NCBI GenBank assembly: GCA_050084515.1 | Contig: CM114271.1 | Coordinates: 40,114,001 to 40,178,000, forward strand | Direction: 5' to 3' | DNA from: Blasia pusilla | Lineage: Eukaryota | DNA length: 64,000 nucleotides | Shown: positions 39,871 to 54,977 of the stretch, in pieces | How positions within the stretch are numbered: position 1 is the stretch's first letter | Layout of the letters: every line of letters begins with the position of its first letter | Program-made: the position numbers and the translations under genes | The notes under the pieces: model-generated | The model's input: the letters and a program-made list of their open reading frames with translations, nothing else | Database searches by the model: none | Told to the model about the DNA's origin: nothing

Positions 39871-42800
39871 GTTAAGCTCATTGGGCATATGAATTGATAC
39901 ACTTGGCACTCATATAAAGACGTTTAACTGAGTCAATGTAGGTAAGTTAGCCACAATGAGCTCAAGTAGGCTTAATTTATTTAGCCATAATTTTTTGAAC
40001 AAGAGATGACAATTATATTTAGGACTAGGGATTCTTGTACATACGCGACATAATTTAGAAGGGAAAAAAGTGTTGGTTGGAAAAAGAATCGGAGTTGAAA
40101 AACAAGAAGGAAAATTTGAAATATAATTAATCCTCGCAATAGATGGGTGGAAACGATTAAATTAAAACAAGTTCTTATAGACGGATAGAGTGATAAAAAT
40201 CTTGAGTAGAATGAAAAGAAGAAAATCGACCACAAAAATAAATATGAAAAAGGGAAATGTGGGTGAATAAATATTTAGGAATTGAAGATCATGATTCTAC
40301 GAAGAAATGTGAATAGGAATACTTCCGTGACGAAGCAATTTTGTAAATTCTTTTGGGACCCTAAATTATTGTGGAGAAAATTTGGTGTCTCGAAATTTTC
40401 TTGGAAAAAGATTGGAAATGAAATGAATCCAAAATGGTGATCTTGGAATGAAAGTTTTTTTGGGAGGAAGTTCTTATGGAAATAGTGAAAGAGCTAGTAG
40501 TATCGAAATAACCCACTCTTTCATAGCTTAATTTTATTTCTTGGTGTTTGTGTGTGTGTTTTGAAAGATCGGGGAAAGGAGAGGGAAGGGGAGGGAGGGT
40601 TTTTTTGGGGTATGTCTATTTATTAAAATAAATTTAAGAAGGCGGAAAAGTGATGTTTGCATAATATTCACTTAAATTTTAATTTTAAAATTATGTTTTA
40701 TTTTAAAGTCGTAAATAAATTTATTAAAAAATAAAGAAAGTTCTTCATATTTTTCTATGCTAAGTAAGAAAAATTTCTAAACTTAATAATTACTTGGACG
40801 ATGAATTGCAAAGTTTGAAGAACGACTAAGTTGATTTCACTTCGATCAAAACATTAGGACCCCTACAAATTCTCTTTGTTTTTTTCTCTCGGTCTCCATC
40901 TAACTTATCCACATGTTTTCCACATGGATTATAATCATTTTCTCCCCCCTTTCTCCTCGAAAGCCCACACTAATTTAAAAATTTATCATAAAAGAATTTA
41001 TCATGCATTTGTAAATACTTCTCGTATTCTAAGAAGAATTGTAATTTCTAGTCCACACTTATTCCCAAATGTTTGGACTTTTCCCGGAGCCACAAAAGGA
41101 TGCAACGCCGAGCTTGCCCGCTCTAGCCCAGGAAACTTTGGAGCGTCGATGGTCATCCAACGCTCAACAAAGAAGACGCCCTTTTCATTTCAGCCTATAG
41201 TCTAACAAGTGACCTGAGATCCAAACTCAATGCCAAGGCACCTGTCATATGGAATTGGGGGCAGGTCCAAAATGGCGCCACCGGAAACCGGGTGGGGGCA
41301 AAGACCCGTTGCACAGTAGTCCCATCCCGCGAAATGGAGTCGTGTCGCGGTGCTGCCTTATTTAGGGGCGCGAGTCCAAGTGAGCGGAGCAGTGCGATCT
41401 GTCGACATCCCCGTGTCACCGCCAGACTTAGCAGCGACACTCGACGCTGTGGCGTGAAGAGGGAGGGAGTTAACTACTACTGTAGCGGCCGCTGCATGGA
41501 AATTGGAATGTTCCGCGAGTGATGAATTTGACGGTGACGGTTGTGGGCGGGGGGATGAATGCATGGGAGGCGAGGGATGGATGGATGCATGCACGCATCG
41601 ATGCATGGATGAGGGAGGAATTGATGTGAGGAAGGGGCGGGGGAGAATGCATGGGAACTGTAGTGGCAGGAGAAGGGGCTGTGTTGTTAAGGGTAGCTGG
41701 TACAGTTGGTGTGGGGGAGTTAAGGGGCAGGGGTTGTGTGTTCAGGGGTTGCAATAAAGGACATGTGTGTGTCAAAATCACAACTACTTGCAGGGCTGGA
41801 ATTTATTGTTGCCAATAGACCCCAGAATTAAGACCCCCATCAGAAACGAAGGACAAATTGAAGGCCCACAACTGCGACGACTTTCTCCTTCAATCCTGAG
41901 GCGAAATTTTCCCGTGTATTATCACCAAAGTGGGCTGAAAAGTTCGACCGGGGTGATAAATGGCGAGAGGGGGATGGGCAGGCGGTTGGACGGGCTGGGT
42001 GGGTGGCGGCCATAATGGAGGAGGGCGGATGGTATGCGGCACCCTTTGACTCTGGTCTAAAGTCCACTCCCCGCTCTCGTTCCTCCACCTCACACTTTCG
42101 AGTTGAATGTCCGACAACAATCAAGAGAAGACCAACGCCCACTGCCGCTGGCGGTAGTAGGGCCACTCACTGCCGGAGTTGGGAGGCCCCCGGGAGTCCT
42201 GGCAACGGCCAATGCCCGTTTGAAGAAACACGGCTCCCGTTTAGGGACGTCCGAAAGAAATTTTTGTCCTCTTTCGGACGATATCAATTTTTAAATTATT
42301 GTTTATAAAAATAATAATAATATTATTCAATAAATTCGTGTGGACTAGACGGGAATTTCCTCTGTCCCCGTATTTGTTCCCCGTCGGGAATAAATGAGTG
42401 GCCCTACTAGTAGACGATGGACCTGAGCGATGGTCGGGCGGTTCGGTCATCCGTGGCCGGGAGGGAGAGGGGGGGGAAAGTAACGACGAACAACGGCGCA
42501 GCGAGAGATGGCTTTTTCGGTTCGGAAACGAACGAAGGAGGCGGACGAGCAGGAGACTTTTGATGGCTAAGGTCGCGGGGAGCTCGGTAGCTTTCCACTA
42601 GGGTTTGAACGTTGTCCTTCTTTGATTGATGCTTCGGTGGAGGGGGGGGTGGTGGGGTATGCGTCTGCGTCAGGTGTGTTGGGCTGGCGAAGGAGAGGAG
42701 GTTGGGTTAGGAAGAGGAGCTGAGCAAAAGCAGGTGAGCCTGGCAACGGCGGTAGTAGTCGTAGTAGTGGTGGTAACAGCAGCAGCAGTAGGAAACGTAA

Positions 42801-43418
42801 GGAAAGGAGAAGAGAGCGGAAAGAGCGAACTAAGAGATCGACTATTGTATGCCCTGGAGCATCGTCTCGCGAGAGAGGGCGTTGACTTACGGTGCACTCA
42901 TCCGTGAAAGACCGCGACACGGGATGCACATTTAGAGAAAGAAACTTTTGCAATCACTCGTCTCTGCCTTGAAGTGAAGCTGTATGTATCTACAGCGCAG
43001 GAGTCCGCAGAGCACTGGTTGAGGGAAGAGAGAGAGAGAGAGAGAGACAGTGAGAGAGAAAGATTAATCTCCATCCCTCACTAGACGAGATCGCCCGACG
43101 ATGGCGGGGAGAGGGAGGCCTACGAGGATACTCCTATGTTTGATGATGGAACCCCCATTTGATTACTCACATGTTGCAAGGATCAGCAGAAAGAACTTCC
43201 GCGTGAAGAGATTGGATCCTCCAATGTTACCTTTCTGCTGTAGTTAACTCTCCTTCTCCATGAAGTCCGGGGTGGATGCATTGGCTGGTTTGTAGGCTCT
43301 GTGTGACGGTATTTCGAGACTAGAAGCTTAGCTCTCTTTGCCGATCTGCGGAGAACGAGCAATTTGCCCATCCAAGAAGAGAGAGGAACACACACTAACA
43401 GAACTATACACAAATAGG

Positions 43419-43456
43419 AGATTGAGATTGAGAGAGAGAGAGAGAGATTGAGAGAG

Positions 43457-43510
<54 letters not shown>
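43419..43510. repeat. (GA)n microsatellite immediately upstream of the PP2C start codon
   Basis: Long GA run with gagatt interruptions. A second GA run lies at ~43024-43060. Confidence 0.95.
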
Positions 43511-43514
<4 letters not shown>

Positions 43515-43516
43515 CA

Positions 43517-46500
43517 ATGGGATCCGGCGTGTCACACTTAGCAGGGTGCTTCATCCGACCTCGCGATGGTTCTTCCGATGGAGGAGTAGGACTGCAATAC
43601 TCGGAACCGTTGGATGAAGGATTGGGCCATTCTTTTTGCTACGTTCGCCCTCCACCTCTCGGCTCCCCCCCACTTATATCCCCCGATAAGTCCGATGAGA
43701 TTCCCAACCCAAATGGGAAACATCTCCCGGTGCCAGTAAGCGACGATGAGACGCTTGTCGATGGTGCCGACCTGTCGAGCTCCCAAAAGGTACGGATGTG
43801 TTTCGAATGGCCGATTTCCACCGCAGCTCTCAATTGTTCCAAGATTGTGTTTCGAAATTCCTGCATTGGAAGTTATAGTGCTTTTAGGTTTGGAAAGCTT
43901 TCCTACCGCTAGTTGCACAGAAATCATGATTCGCGCATCCTTAAGTGTACAGGGTTTTGAGATCGAAGATTATTATCATGTGTATGAGTTGAGTCCAGTT
44001 CCATTTGCATTTGCCATGTCGAGTAGTCTTTTTGACTGGTGTCTATTCATAGGAGGAAGCGGCGACTTCCCATGCCGAAAAGAGCCGTTCTGCTGTAGAA
44101 AGAATAAAATCCTCGTCTTCCGACAGACCTAAAAACCCTCACATTGACAAGACTAAGAATGTGTCGGAGACGTCCTTCAAATCCATCTCGGGAGCATCAG
44201 TGTCCGCCAACACGGCCACCCCCCGTTCTATAATATCGTGTGAACAGTTCAATTCGTTTGCCAATGTACTGTACGATCGAGCGGCTGCTTTCGAAAGCAC
44301 TTCTTCTTTCTCTGCACTTCCTCTTCAGCCGGTCCCCCGGGGATTTTCTGGTCCGTTATGTGGAGCTTCAGGTCCTTTGTCTGGACCACTCGACCGAGGA
44401 TTCATGTCTGGTCCCATCGAAAGAGGGTTCATGTCCGGTCCTCTGGAAAGGGGTTTTATGTCAGGTCCTCTCGAGAGAGGCTACATGTCTGGTCCTCTTG
44501 AGCCTGGAGACAGAGGCCACTTCTCTGCTCCTTTGAATGGACCATACAATTATTCGACAGGGTACTTGAGGAAGAGGAAGAAGTCGTTGGTTCGCTTTGT
44601 TAGAAGTATGAGTGGGCCCATGAAGAAAGCGCTCGCCAAAACCGCTTCTTCTCTGGCAAGGACGCAGAGATCCATAGTCGCTCCTGTGAAGAGTTATGTG
44701 TTCAGGGAAAATAGGGATAATAAAGAGTCCAAGGAGAAGGACAGTGGAGACAAGGAGTCCAGTAAAGCACCTCAAAAATCTGTCGACGAACCTGAGAATG
44801 TCGATTACACTTCTTCAGAACTGGACTTGCGAGAAAGTGATAATTTACAGTGGGCACAGGGCAAGGCTGGAGAAGATCGGGTTCATGTAGTACTGTCCGA
44901 GGAGCACGGTTGGCTGTTTGTAGGTATTTATGATGGATTCAACGGCCCGGATGCACCCGATTTTCTGATGAGCAACCTGTATACTGCTGTTTATCAAGAG
45001 CTCAAGGGACTTTTGTGGGACACGAAAGAAGACTCCACGAGTCAAGGGGATGAAGAAAGTGAGTGGGAAGTGGTCGGTGAGAGGCAGGCAGATGGGGGAG
45101 AAACCGTCACCAGTGAGGATTTCTCAACGCGGAGGAAAGAGAGGGGTCAACGTGAAGGAGGACGAAAGCGAGGCATGGGAGTGGTGGTCGACCAGAACCG
45201 CAGATGGAATAGAAGGGGTTTAGCTAGGAGTAGTGAGAAGGTTCATAGTTTGAAGGGGGAGAGAGTCGAAGGGGACACTGTGAATCTTTACGTAGATGAT
45301 AGGACTATAGAGGTTGATGATGTGGCTTGTGTGAATGAAACGAAGTCAGGTTTCTGCAAATCCGGCTCAGATTGGGAGGATTCGAAAATGGAGGATGCAG
45401 GTTTTGGAGAAGGAGAAGTCATTCCCGTAGAGTGTGAGAGTGAAGAGGCAAGTACAATTCACAACTCAGGTCAGGCGGGGAGTAGTCAAGAGAGATCCTC
45501 TCTTGAACGGGAAGGAAAACTAGCTGAAGATAGGGGAAACGCTAATGAGGATGAATCAAGTGGCGAACTTGCTTTAGAGCAGGCAGAATCCATGACAGTG
45601 AGCTCTTCGTCAGTCAAAGAACAAAGATTGATCAAAAAGAGATCAGTAACTGGCTTCAAAGTGCGCAATAGTCATGAGAGAAGGAAAGAGCAACTGCGAA
45701 AGTATTTCCAGTGGAGGTATGATTGGGACCATGAGAATGCCGGATTTGTGCAGAAAGTTAAGAATGCCAAAGTGAGCCAGGAACCTGAGATTTCAAGCAA
45801 AAACAAGGCTGTTGATCACACTTCTGTATTGAAAGCTTTGGCCAGAGCCCTTCAAAGTACAGAAGATGCCTATCTGGATATGGCTGATAATGTCCTGTAC
45901 GAGAATCCAGAGCTTGCATTAATGGGTTCTTGTGTGCTAGTAATGCTAATGAAAGACGAGGATGTGTACATATTGAATGTTGGAGATAGTCGCGCTATCC
46001 TAGCCCAACACCCAAAAGTAGAGCCTGTTAATATGTTGGGAAAATTGGGTCGGAGTGGACTTCACAGAAATGATTCTGGAGCGAGAGATTCTCTATTAAG
46101 GATTGAGCTTGAGCGCATTATTGAGGAGACTCCACTGGAACTTGAGGCTCTGGAGGCAGCTCATGACAATTGTAGCATGGAGGGACCACCAATTTGTGGG
46201 CCATCACTACTGGGTGCATTGCAACTGACAACAGACCACAGTACAAGTATCGTGGAGGTGAGGGGAATAAGTTTTGACTTCTTACTAAGTAAAATTTTAC
46301 AAGTCTGCTCTGATGCTGGTAAAAACTATTATTCATCTGGACTACCACATGTTATTATCTTATGCCTTGGAATCATAGACTTTATGTTATGAAGGAAGTA
46401 AAGCTAGCTTTATGAATAGCAGGCACTACCTGCTATGAGTTCACAAGCTTGTGCACATCCGGATGAAGTGCACCTCTCTGCTGGTATCAAGTGGAGTTCC

Positions 46501-48116
46501 TCTGGTTATTGTAGCCAGGAGTGCATGTGCAAATGACAGTACTACTGTGCGGGTAGTATGAATTGTCTGGTAGATACTTGGAGGATGCCAGCCCCTTTTG
46601 TTGTGCCAGTACCTCTTGGGCCAAAACTAAATACCACAAGCGGCAGCTATGTAGGAGTGAGTGACATGAATCGAGAAGGGCAATTGTGGGATTTTTCCAT
46701 CTTCTGATCCATCCTTACGTATCATGAAACCTTATAGTCTAGGTTGTTTCCAATCCAAAAAGGCGATAAGTCAAACACTATGTGACCTGGTAGGTGAGCA
46801 TGAGATGCTTTGGTTTTGATTGTCGGGCGGGCTGTTTCAAGAGACCTATCTTTCCCTTTTTTGCATGACACATCCCTCTGCTCAGTCAAGATTTATGTGG
46901 ACTGAAGGGCGACTAAGTTCTGCTTGTCCTGTCCATTACAGGAAGTTTTGAGAATCAAGGCAGAACATTCAGATGCAGACACAATCCACAATGATCGTGT
47001 AAAAGGAAGGCTAAAAGTTACACGTGCATTTGGTGCTGGATTCCTTAAGCAGGTATATGCACACATTTGTTTCCTTTGGTAACTAGTCTCACTGGTTCAA
47101 ATCCCCCTGGAGGTCAACGGATAGTGCCTATTAGTTTATGTAGCTCCTGAACTGTTTCTGAAACATTCAATGATCTCATAGTGATTGAATTGTGGTTTTG
47201 GTACGTTGAATATCCCTATTAAATTTGCAAATTATGAAACTTGGACTCACTCTCGGGATCAGAGCATCCAAATGTGAAAGGCTTATTACTGGTGTAGGGA
47301 TTATGTGGTCATGTTTGAATTTAGCGCTTTTGAGACACATCCCCAAGAACTGAGTCACACTTCATTCCACAACTATCAAAGTGTCTATTTTCACTCGGTA
47401 CAGGGAAGTGCACATTCTAGTTGTTGAAGTTGTACTTGATTGCTGCAGCCGAAGTGGAACAATGCCCTTCTGGAGATGTTCCGAGTTGACTTCATTGGAA
47501 CAGCCCCTTATATTACATGCGCTCCAGCACTCTACCATCATAGATTGGGTCCCCTCGATCAATTTTTGGTGCTCTCATCTGATGGGTTGTATCAATACTT
47601 GAGCAATGAAGAAGTAGTTTCACACGTTGAGTGGTTCATGGAGAAGTTCCCAGATGGAGACCCTGCACAACATCTTATTGAGGAACTGCTATTTCGTGCA
47701 GCAAAGAAGGCTGGTAAGATGCTGTTTGCTGTAACGATGTTTATTGCAAGAATATCTGTTGTCCCCACTTGTAAATTGGTGGTTGAAGCCTAAAATAAGA
47801 ATTCACATCTGAGAGTTTCCTAGCAAAGGTTTGACTGAATTTTTCTTCCGTTTTTGGTTCATGGGTTGTGGGAAGAGGTACTCAGATTCTTTCTCCTTAC
47901 TCGACGTTTCAAAGTCATGGAAGGTGGTAGTCTGATGGAAAGAATTCTTTTAGGTCTGTTGAACATGGATTAATGTCCTTAATTGCCTATGTTTCTGCAG
48001 GAATGGATTTTCATGAACTTTTGGACATTCCTCAAGGAGATCGTCGCAAATACCATGATGATGTATCCGTGATGGTCATCTCACTCGAAGGAAGAATTTG
48101 GCGATCATCAGGTTAA
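43517..48116 (+). CDS. PLL: POLTERGEIST/PLL-like protein phosphatase 2C (clade C PP2C). Exons 43517-43789, 44053-46257, 46942-47052, 47449-47713, 48001-48116; 989 aa
   Basis: N-terminal [12 protein letters not shown] (myristoylation/palmitoylation-type), [31 protein letters not shown] repeats, [83 protein letters not shown]. All four introns are GT-AG and the frame is preserved (2970 nt). Confidence 0.95.
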
Positions 48117-51100
48117 AACTGATACTTGTCCTCTCTTGACTCGAGGAAAGAGATTCAGATTAAAAAACCTCTGTAAGGATGAAGGGTTGATATCAAGTTT
48201 GCCTCTAATCACCGTTGTCGTTGGAAACCACTTCTTTTGTAACATTACATTGGAATAAGGGAGGTGGAGCTCGAAAAGCCTCCACTGTCAGAATGAACAT
48301 GCTATGGGGTATAGTTCACTTATAAGGAAGGGAGTCTCATGGTCCCACCTATCAATTAAATTTGTCAATTACAGTGACTTTTAACAATTCTCTCAGGTCG
48401 TCAGCTTCTTACCAGTAGACTACGGCCTCCTGGTTATTGTGGGGTTAAGTTTCAATATTGATAGTCTAGGAGCTGCAAGAAGTTGTAGGACCTTTGGACA
48501 GGAAGGCAGGTTGAAAGATGAGCCAAATCTTTCGGAACATAGTAGGCTGGGGAAAGTACAAATGCACGGCCAATGGAAGTGACATTCAATGGAAACAAAC
48601 AGTGAGGTCAGGCTGGCAGAAATTGTAGGATCGAGGGGAACTGTAACATATTTCTAGGTTTGCAGAAAGTGAGAAGTGCCGTTGATTCAGATCACCTAGT
48701 TATGATCATGTAAGTTATCTCTTGGATGGCTCGCGGTGCTTTACTTATACGGCTTTACTCAGAGACTCCTTTCCCCCCTCCCTTTCTTTGGCGTTTTTAA
48801 AGTCATTTGAATAGTTATTTCTGCCTGGTCATATGGCTTTTGTGCCAAGTCTTCACTGATTTGAATGCCCACTGCCACAAGAACCACTTTGCTTCCTGTC
48901 ATTGGGACAGAACGGTGGTCATATTAGCTGCTCTTTGCCTTTCGACTGGGGAAGAGAGCCCTTGGATTGTACTGGTCAGAATAGTCTCTGTTATGGAAGA
49001 AAATACCAGGGATTATTTGACAGAACGGGGAAGGGTGAGGGACGCAGAGGGCGCAAGAGAAAAGCATAAGAAAATCTTTCATTCTTTTCAGGTGGTGCCT
49101 TCCCTGAGCATGGGATCTTAACTTGGACTGTGTTGGGACTAGGGAGAGAACCTGTCTCGTGATAGGCGTTTTTCTTTGACTACGTGTCCTTGTTGTCTTT
49201 CTTGATTTTTGGCATGTCCCTCTTGTAGACCGGAATCTTTTTAACAGCTGCACTAGTTAGGGACAGCCTTGAGTATTGTGAGGAAGAGCTTAAAGTCTTG
49301 CATCAGTTGGGACTCTTGCTGCTAGAGCAATGTTCTGAAGTCTCTACAGTTTCCCTTACAAGTTACAATGTACCATCAGTGCGCAGTGAATGACCCCTGG
49401 TATGTTTTGTAGTGATAATAAACAATACATGAAGCAAACGATAGGCAATTCTCGTTACATTCTAACACACTCAAGAAGGGAAGCATTCAGTTTGTTACAT
49501 AGCATTGGTGCAATATGCAGTACAAGGGGGTTGCCTATGGACAGGAAAACTATCTGAACACAAAACATTCATATCCTCTGATGGGTTCAGACACGTGACC
49601 AGTAGAGCATGTTAGATTCATCCGGTGATGGATTGGTTATGAGGCTTCACAAGGCTTGTTCTAGTGTACGAGTAATTGACGTGCGAGTTTGATCTTTATA
49701 GGTCCACAAAATCAGCTTGAGCTCTTGAAAGACCAAGAAAGTCAGCTTGAGGTCAGGTCGGCACAATTCTATCAACCTGTCTCCAGAAGGAGGAATGCGT
49801 GGGCAGCTGGAGCTCGGTAGTTGTGCACACCATACTACTAGGGACCTTGGTTCTTCCAAGAAGACGATACTGTACACTAACCTCTCCAAGAATGGCTTGT
49901 AATAATCGGCGCATTCAAATTGAAGTTTTCTCACTTCCTTTAGAAGCAAGTGAAGATCATCACGTAGGAACAGGTGCAAAACCACCTGTGGCCATTTTGC
50001 GGCCTTCTAAACATGTAAGTAGAGTTTTGCCTCACACCTATTCAAACAATTGGAATACCCTCCCCTTCCCCTTTTCCCAACACTCTAAACCCCTTAAATG
50101 GAGCAGCTCTTGTTTTCCCACCTCCCTCTGCCTGGGCTCCATGGCCTCCCCCCCCCCCCCTCCCTATTCCTTGTGTCCGATCCCAATAGAACTTGACATT
50201 GAGCGAATTGTGGCTGACGCAAGTAGACGGGTCCAATTTTAGGTTTACGAATAGACGATGGAATACTGTTATGCTGTATAGATCAACTGTCATATTAATC
50301 GCAATTGTTGCCATTTGTACACTTTGTGCGGGTCCGACTATGCGATGCATTAGAGGCATAGCGATGAGAGACGAAGGAGGCTAACAAGTCACTTGAAGTT
50401 TATTTGTTTGTCATATTCGCCCGAGCACTTCGCTGTATCCACAGCTGTGAAAGGCCGTGGTCTAGAGAACACGATTCGACACGGATCTGTGAACCGCTGT
50501 CATCTGCACTCGGCACGGTGGAATCAGGCCATGATTCTTTTCTATCTATTGTGGTTATGCCAACTACCTCTAACGCAAGATCATCGTGGAGGAGCAAATC
50601 CGCCTGGCAGTAAATGCAAGTGCGAAGGAAAGAGTTTTTTAGAATATAGGTCCACAAGACAGAGCTATTGAGACATTCGCCGATAGTAATATCAACGACA
50701 TCTGCTCCGCCTTCAGTTAATACAAGGAGGAAGGGAGGCGGTCAACCATCACCATGAGGGATGTTTATTTCAAGAAATGTCCACGATGGCAATCTGATTG
50801 CTAAGTAGACCTCTCTATTTATTTATGTAAAAAAGTATTTTTATCCTAAAAGATAGCAGATCATGGTGAAATGGACTATTTTTCTGATAAAAAAAACCCT
50901 TAACCTCTTTATCTACTTCATGTTGTAGAGTATTTGGATCATAGACTGAATATATTATATGTTAGAATAAGTGAGATCCAATCTGCTCAGTTTTTGATTG
51001 ATAGTCAGGTTGTGGGAAGTAGCGGAGTTAGGTAAATCCATATTCACGATTCTATCGTCATTATTTCAATAATGAAAAATTTAACCTCGAAGAATCCTAA

Positions 51101-52039
51101 GGATGCAGGTGGGGGTGGGGATCTTGAGCTACAGATAGGACCGTGACAATTCATGGGCGATCGCAAAGGTGAGGCCAGTAAAAAAGCCGGCTCTGCCTCG
51201 CGCCCCAATGCGAATGTTTCCTAACTTCTCCCACTGGCAGGCGAGGCCGTCTCAAGCCAACCTGTAATGGTGAACCGCATCCGAACACATTCCATTTCTG
51301 ACCGCCGCAACCTGGCCTGGAATGGCGACGGTGAGTGCATTCTCGGTGGCCATAGTCGTTATGGTCCATTTCTGACTCATTGCTCGGAATAAGCCCACCT
51401 CAGGGAAGGTCTTCCCGAGTCATCCGCAGTTTTTCCCCGTATGGGAGGGGAAGCTAGCATGTGTTCGGACCAATAGGCGGAGGGCTAGTGAAGCCATGGC
51501 ACGTTCTTGTATTAAATACTAGCTGGTACCTTTGTATAATTTGAATTATTATATAAGTGTAAAACTCAATTTAATTTGAATTTTTTTGTGATTTAGACAA
51601 TTTCCATGAGTTATAAAAGATGTGTAAAAAGATTACTTCTAAATGAATAGAAACTCGAATAACAGTATAGATTCCCACATAGAAGAGAGAAATCTCATTA
51701 TAAATCCTAGATGTTAACTTCAACTCCTTGACCCCATTGTAAAATGACAAGTAGCCTTTTATCTTAGAAAATCAATGCTCCTACAATTCCATGCTGAAAT
51801 TTCTTGACATTGAAATAATTTCGATAAAGAGATTGCTTGTTTGACTGGCATGGGGGAAATCTAAGTGAAATAAATTGGGCATACCCAAGAAGAAAATTGA
51901 CTAACTTCTCTTCCATAACCTTACACATCTTAAAGTACCTAGTTGAAAAAATGTAATGATAAACGCTTAAAAAAACCCTCCAATGCTTATATTTAAATTT
52001 AATACCTCTTCAAAAAGTGAGTGGCATTATGTAACCGGG

Positions 52040-52400
52040 TGGACATTGGGTAATATGCCTGTTAATATCACATTGACTTGTTGTCTTGAGTGGCACACAC
52101 TAAACATTCTACAATCGAAGTTGCAATGAAAAAAATTATGGTAAATTATATTGTTAGATGTGCAATTGATGGATTTAGTCCTATTGGAGTGGAAGTGTTT
52201 GGGCACTTACATGAGTCTTTTGCTATTTTCCTCAAAACATGTACTTATCATTTCCTTGAGAATCATGATCTTGGCCTTTCTCATCTCTCTTCTCCTTTTA
52301 GTAGTCACTATATATTTACGACAATGCATCTCGGTGGTCTTATGACATGTATACTCTTGGGCGATGATATGTGGAGCGGAAGTGATTGGGTTGGTCATTT
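52040..52400 (+). mobile_element. Possible C-terminal relic of an RLE-type (CRE-like) non-LTR retrotransposon
   Basis: A..K...Y.......FSPIGVEVFGHLH..F..FL, then RQCISVVL in another frame, resembles the restriction-like endonuclease tail of CRE-clade elements. Confidence 0.4.
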
Positions 52401-52699
52401 CTGTGTCCATTCACTAGTGTTCATGTTGAGTTTGTTTCAGCCTATTAATCACGTAACTCGTTGATTTGATATTTGTTTCCTCAACCCTAAATCCTAAATG
52501 TATGTGCCTGGCTTGTTGCCATTTTTTTTTCGTATTCCATCGTGCATTTCTTGACTTGTTCCCTTCTTGGGACGTCATTACATTTCTTTGTCCTCTTTTA
52601 ACAAAATGGATATTTATAAATAATGACGTAAAATATGGCTTAGAACTAATAAGAAATATGACAAGATAGAGGGCAAGTTGACATATTCTAATAAGATGA

Positions 52700-54100
52700 A
52701 AGAATGTGGAAAATATAAAAATATGAATAATTTATTATTACATGTGCTCACAACACATTTTAAGTACTCTAGCAAGCTCATGATAGAAGTCGCTATTGAT
52801 GAAATCTACTTGTCTCCACCCTCCCATGGAATTTCTACCTTTTCCATTGCAAGTCGAAAGCTTATTTTTACTAGGTTTATTAGAGGTTGTGTTGCAAATA
52901 ATATTTATTGGAATAAATCCAATGCATCAATCCAAAATCTTGGACCATGTTATCCAACCCCATTTAAATTCATCCTCTTATTCAAAAAGTGTAAATCTAT
53001 GATGATTGTTTAGATTTGTCACGCAAAACATATCTACAATGGGAGTGGTTATGATTCTAACTCTGGTTACTAAAGATGGACTATGATTGCGGGAAATCTG
53101 ACTATAACATAAAAAATTGCTCTACTCATGATCAATAATTCAAAGTTAAAATCATACATTGAAATCGCGCTTAGAAAATCTAATTATATCTTTCAAGTTT
53201 CCCTAAAGCCCACAAAAAGGTGTTCATGGGAGGATTAAATGCGGATCTCATCGTCGTCAAGATGGTCTTGAGAATATATTCCAAGTCTAAGCCATGGATG
53301 TAATATGTCACATGAGCCAATCCTTAAGTTATCAACTTCTCAAATCATATCTAAATATGCATACTAATATGAGACCTAGAACAAAGCAAGATTCCACGGG
53401 AGCATAAATATATTATGGAGGACAAAACTCTAAACTAGATCATAATAAAGAGTTATAATACATCTCAACTTTACAACATTGTAGAGTGTGCATGAAATGC
53501 ATAGACATTGACTGTTGGTGCACAACAAAGTTTGGTGCCCATGATGTGTATGCAGATGGAAGAGAGTTCTCTTCAACTTTCATCTCACTTGATCTTGTTT
53601 CTTCCATCCTTTGTCAAAATTTTCAAAAAGTCCCTCGTGAACTTTATTTTGGATCTCCTGGAACTTTATCCAATCTTAGGTTCTATTAGAGACGTAGAAT
53701 TTACAAAATTTGTGAATTTGTTAGTTATTTTATGCAAACAACTAGTGTACAACATGCGCCTTGCATAAGATTAATAGACATGTTGCCCATAAATTCCAAA
53801 TTTTTTCTTGTTGCCCGTCTTATGAAATTTTTTTCTTGTTTTCATGTTGTCATGTGTCAAGCAGATAGTTACTTGCGAATCAAGAAGGTTCTCTCCACTA
53901 ATAGTGTAGATGTAGCACAATCCAAAATTTGAATCAGAAATTGTTTTCATTGTTTTTGGGCCGTTCAACCGAGTTTGATAAAAAATTGGTCCATGTGCAA
54001 GACCCTCTCTCTAAGGGATAAAGTACCTATACTTCATTTATTAATAACTCGAAATACAAGATATAAGTTTTTGGACACATTATTTAAATACATTAGTGCA
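52700..54100 (-). mobile_element. Highly decayed L1-like LINE relic
   Basis: Only weak residual RT-region-like peptides on the minus strand; AT-rich and heavily mutated. Confidence 0.3.
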
Positions 54101-54977
54101 TCCGGAATGTATCAAAGTTATTTGGTCCCACCCTTCCCTTTGGGTTAGGAAGAGTGTTTAAATTCGTCACAGATTAGTGACCAATGAACAAGGATGAGAG
54201 TTTGAAACACTAGTGTATAGCCTCTGCTATGCATAAAATCAATGGATCCTGACACTAAAATGCATTTTGTGACAAAATTTCATGAATTATGGGTTAAAGG
54301 AAGAAGAGGAGGGCCAAATGATGATCTTCCCAAAAAATCAAATTCTATTTTGCCCACACCAACAAATTTTTTTTATAGTGCGGACAATGATGTTTTTAAA
54401 AATAAGTGTGAAATATAATTAATCCCCTGTCTATATTATTAATTACATGAAAAGTTCTTGAGTTTAGAACATCTCCCCTCTTGACACATGTTCCTTTCAA
54501 CCCATAGGATTGTTGGCTCCCTCATCCATAAAAGCGCTCAAAATTGATTCAATTACACAAAAAGGATAAGTAATTCAAAATTATCTATAATTTTTAATCA
54601 TTGCATGGGCACATTTCAAATAAAAAACCATCATCCCTTATAAATTTACTAGCAAGGTGTCAGTGCAATGTATGGATATGAAGATACTAATAAGAAGAAT
54701 TTATTTATAAATCACATTACGTGTGAAGTGTCCTTTTTCTTTTCAATGGGCATCACTTCCTATTATGATATTATTTTCATTTCTGTTTCGTAATCTTGAC
54801 AATGCTACCTATGATTAACCATGAGAAAATACTGATGTATGTAGATAAGTTCCTATCTTTTTCAAAGTTTGATCTTGAGACTTATTAATAGACATGGATA
54901 AAGAAAGACAAATAGGAAATTGAAATTTATGTATGTCAAAAGATAAACCTTAGTCTCACACAATCAATGGGATACAT

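Noticed and set aside
41195-42953. Many overlapping short ORFs upstream of the PP2C gene
   Set aside because: GC-rich promoter-like sequence with no recognisable domain or consistent exon structure.
44161-46392. 743-aa ORF as a complete gene
   Set aside because: It is exon 2 of the PLL gene read through into intron 2; the true start is ATG 43517.
49740-49775. Minus-strand RIVPT*PQ, resembling a CLE peptide next to a PLL gene
   Set aside because: Stop codon in the motif, no PLHN-like end and no signal peptide.
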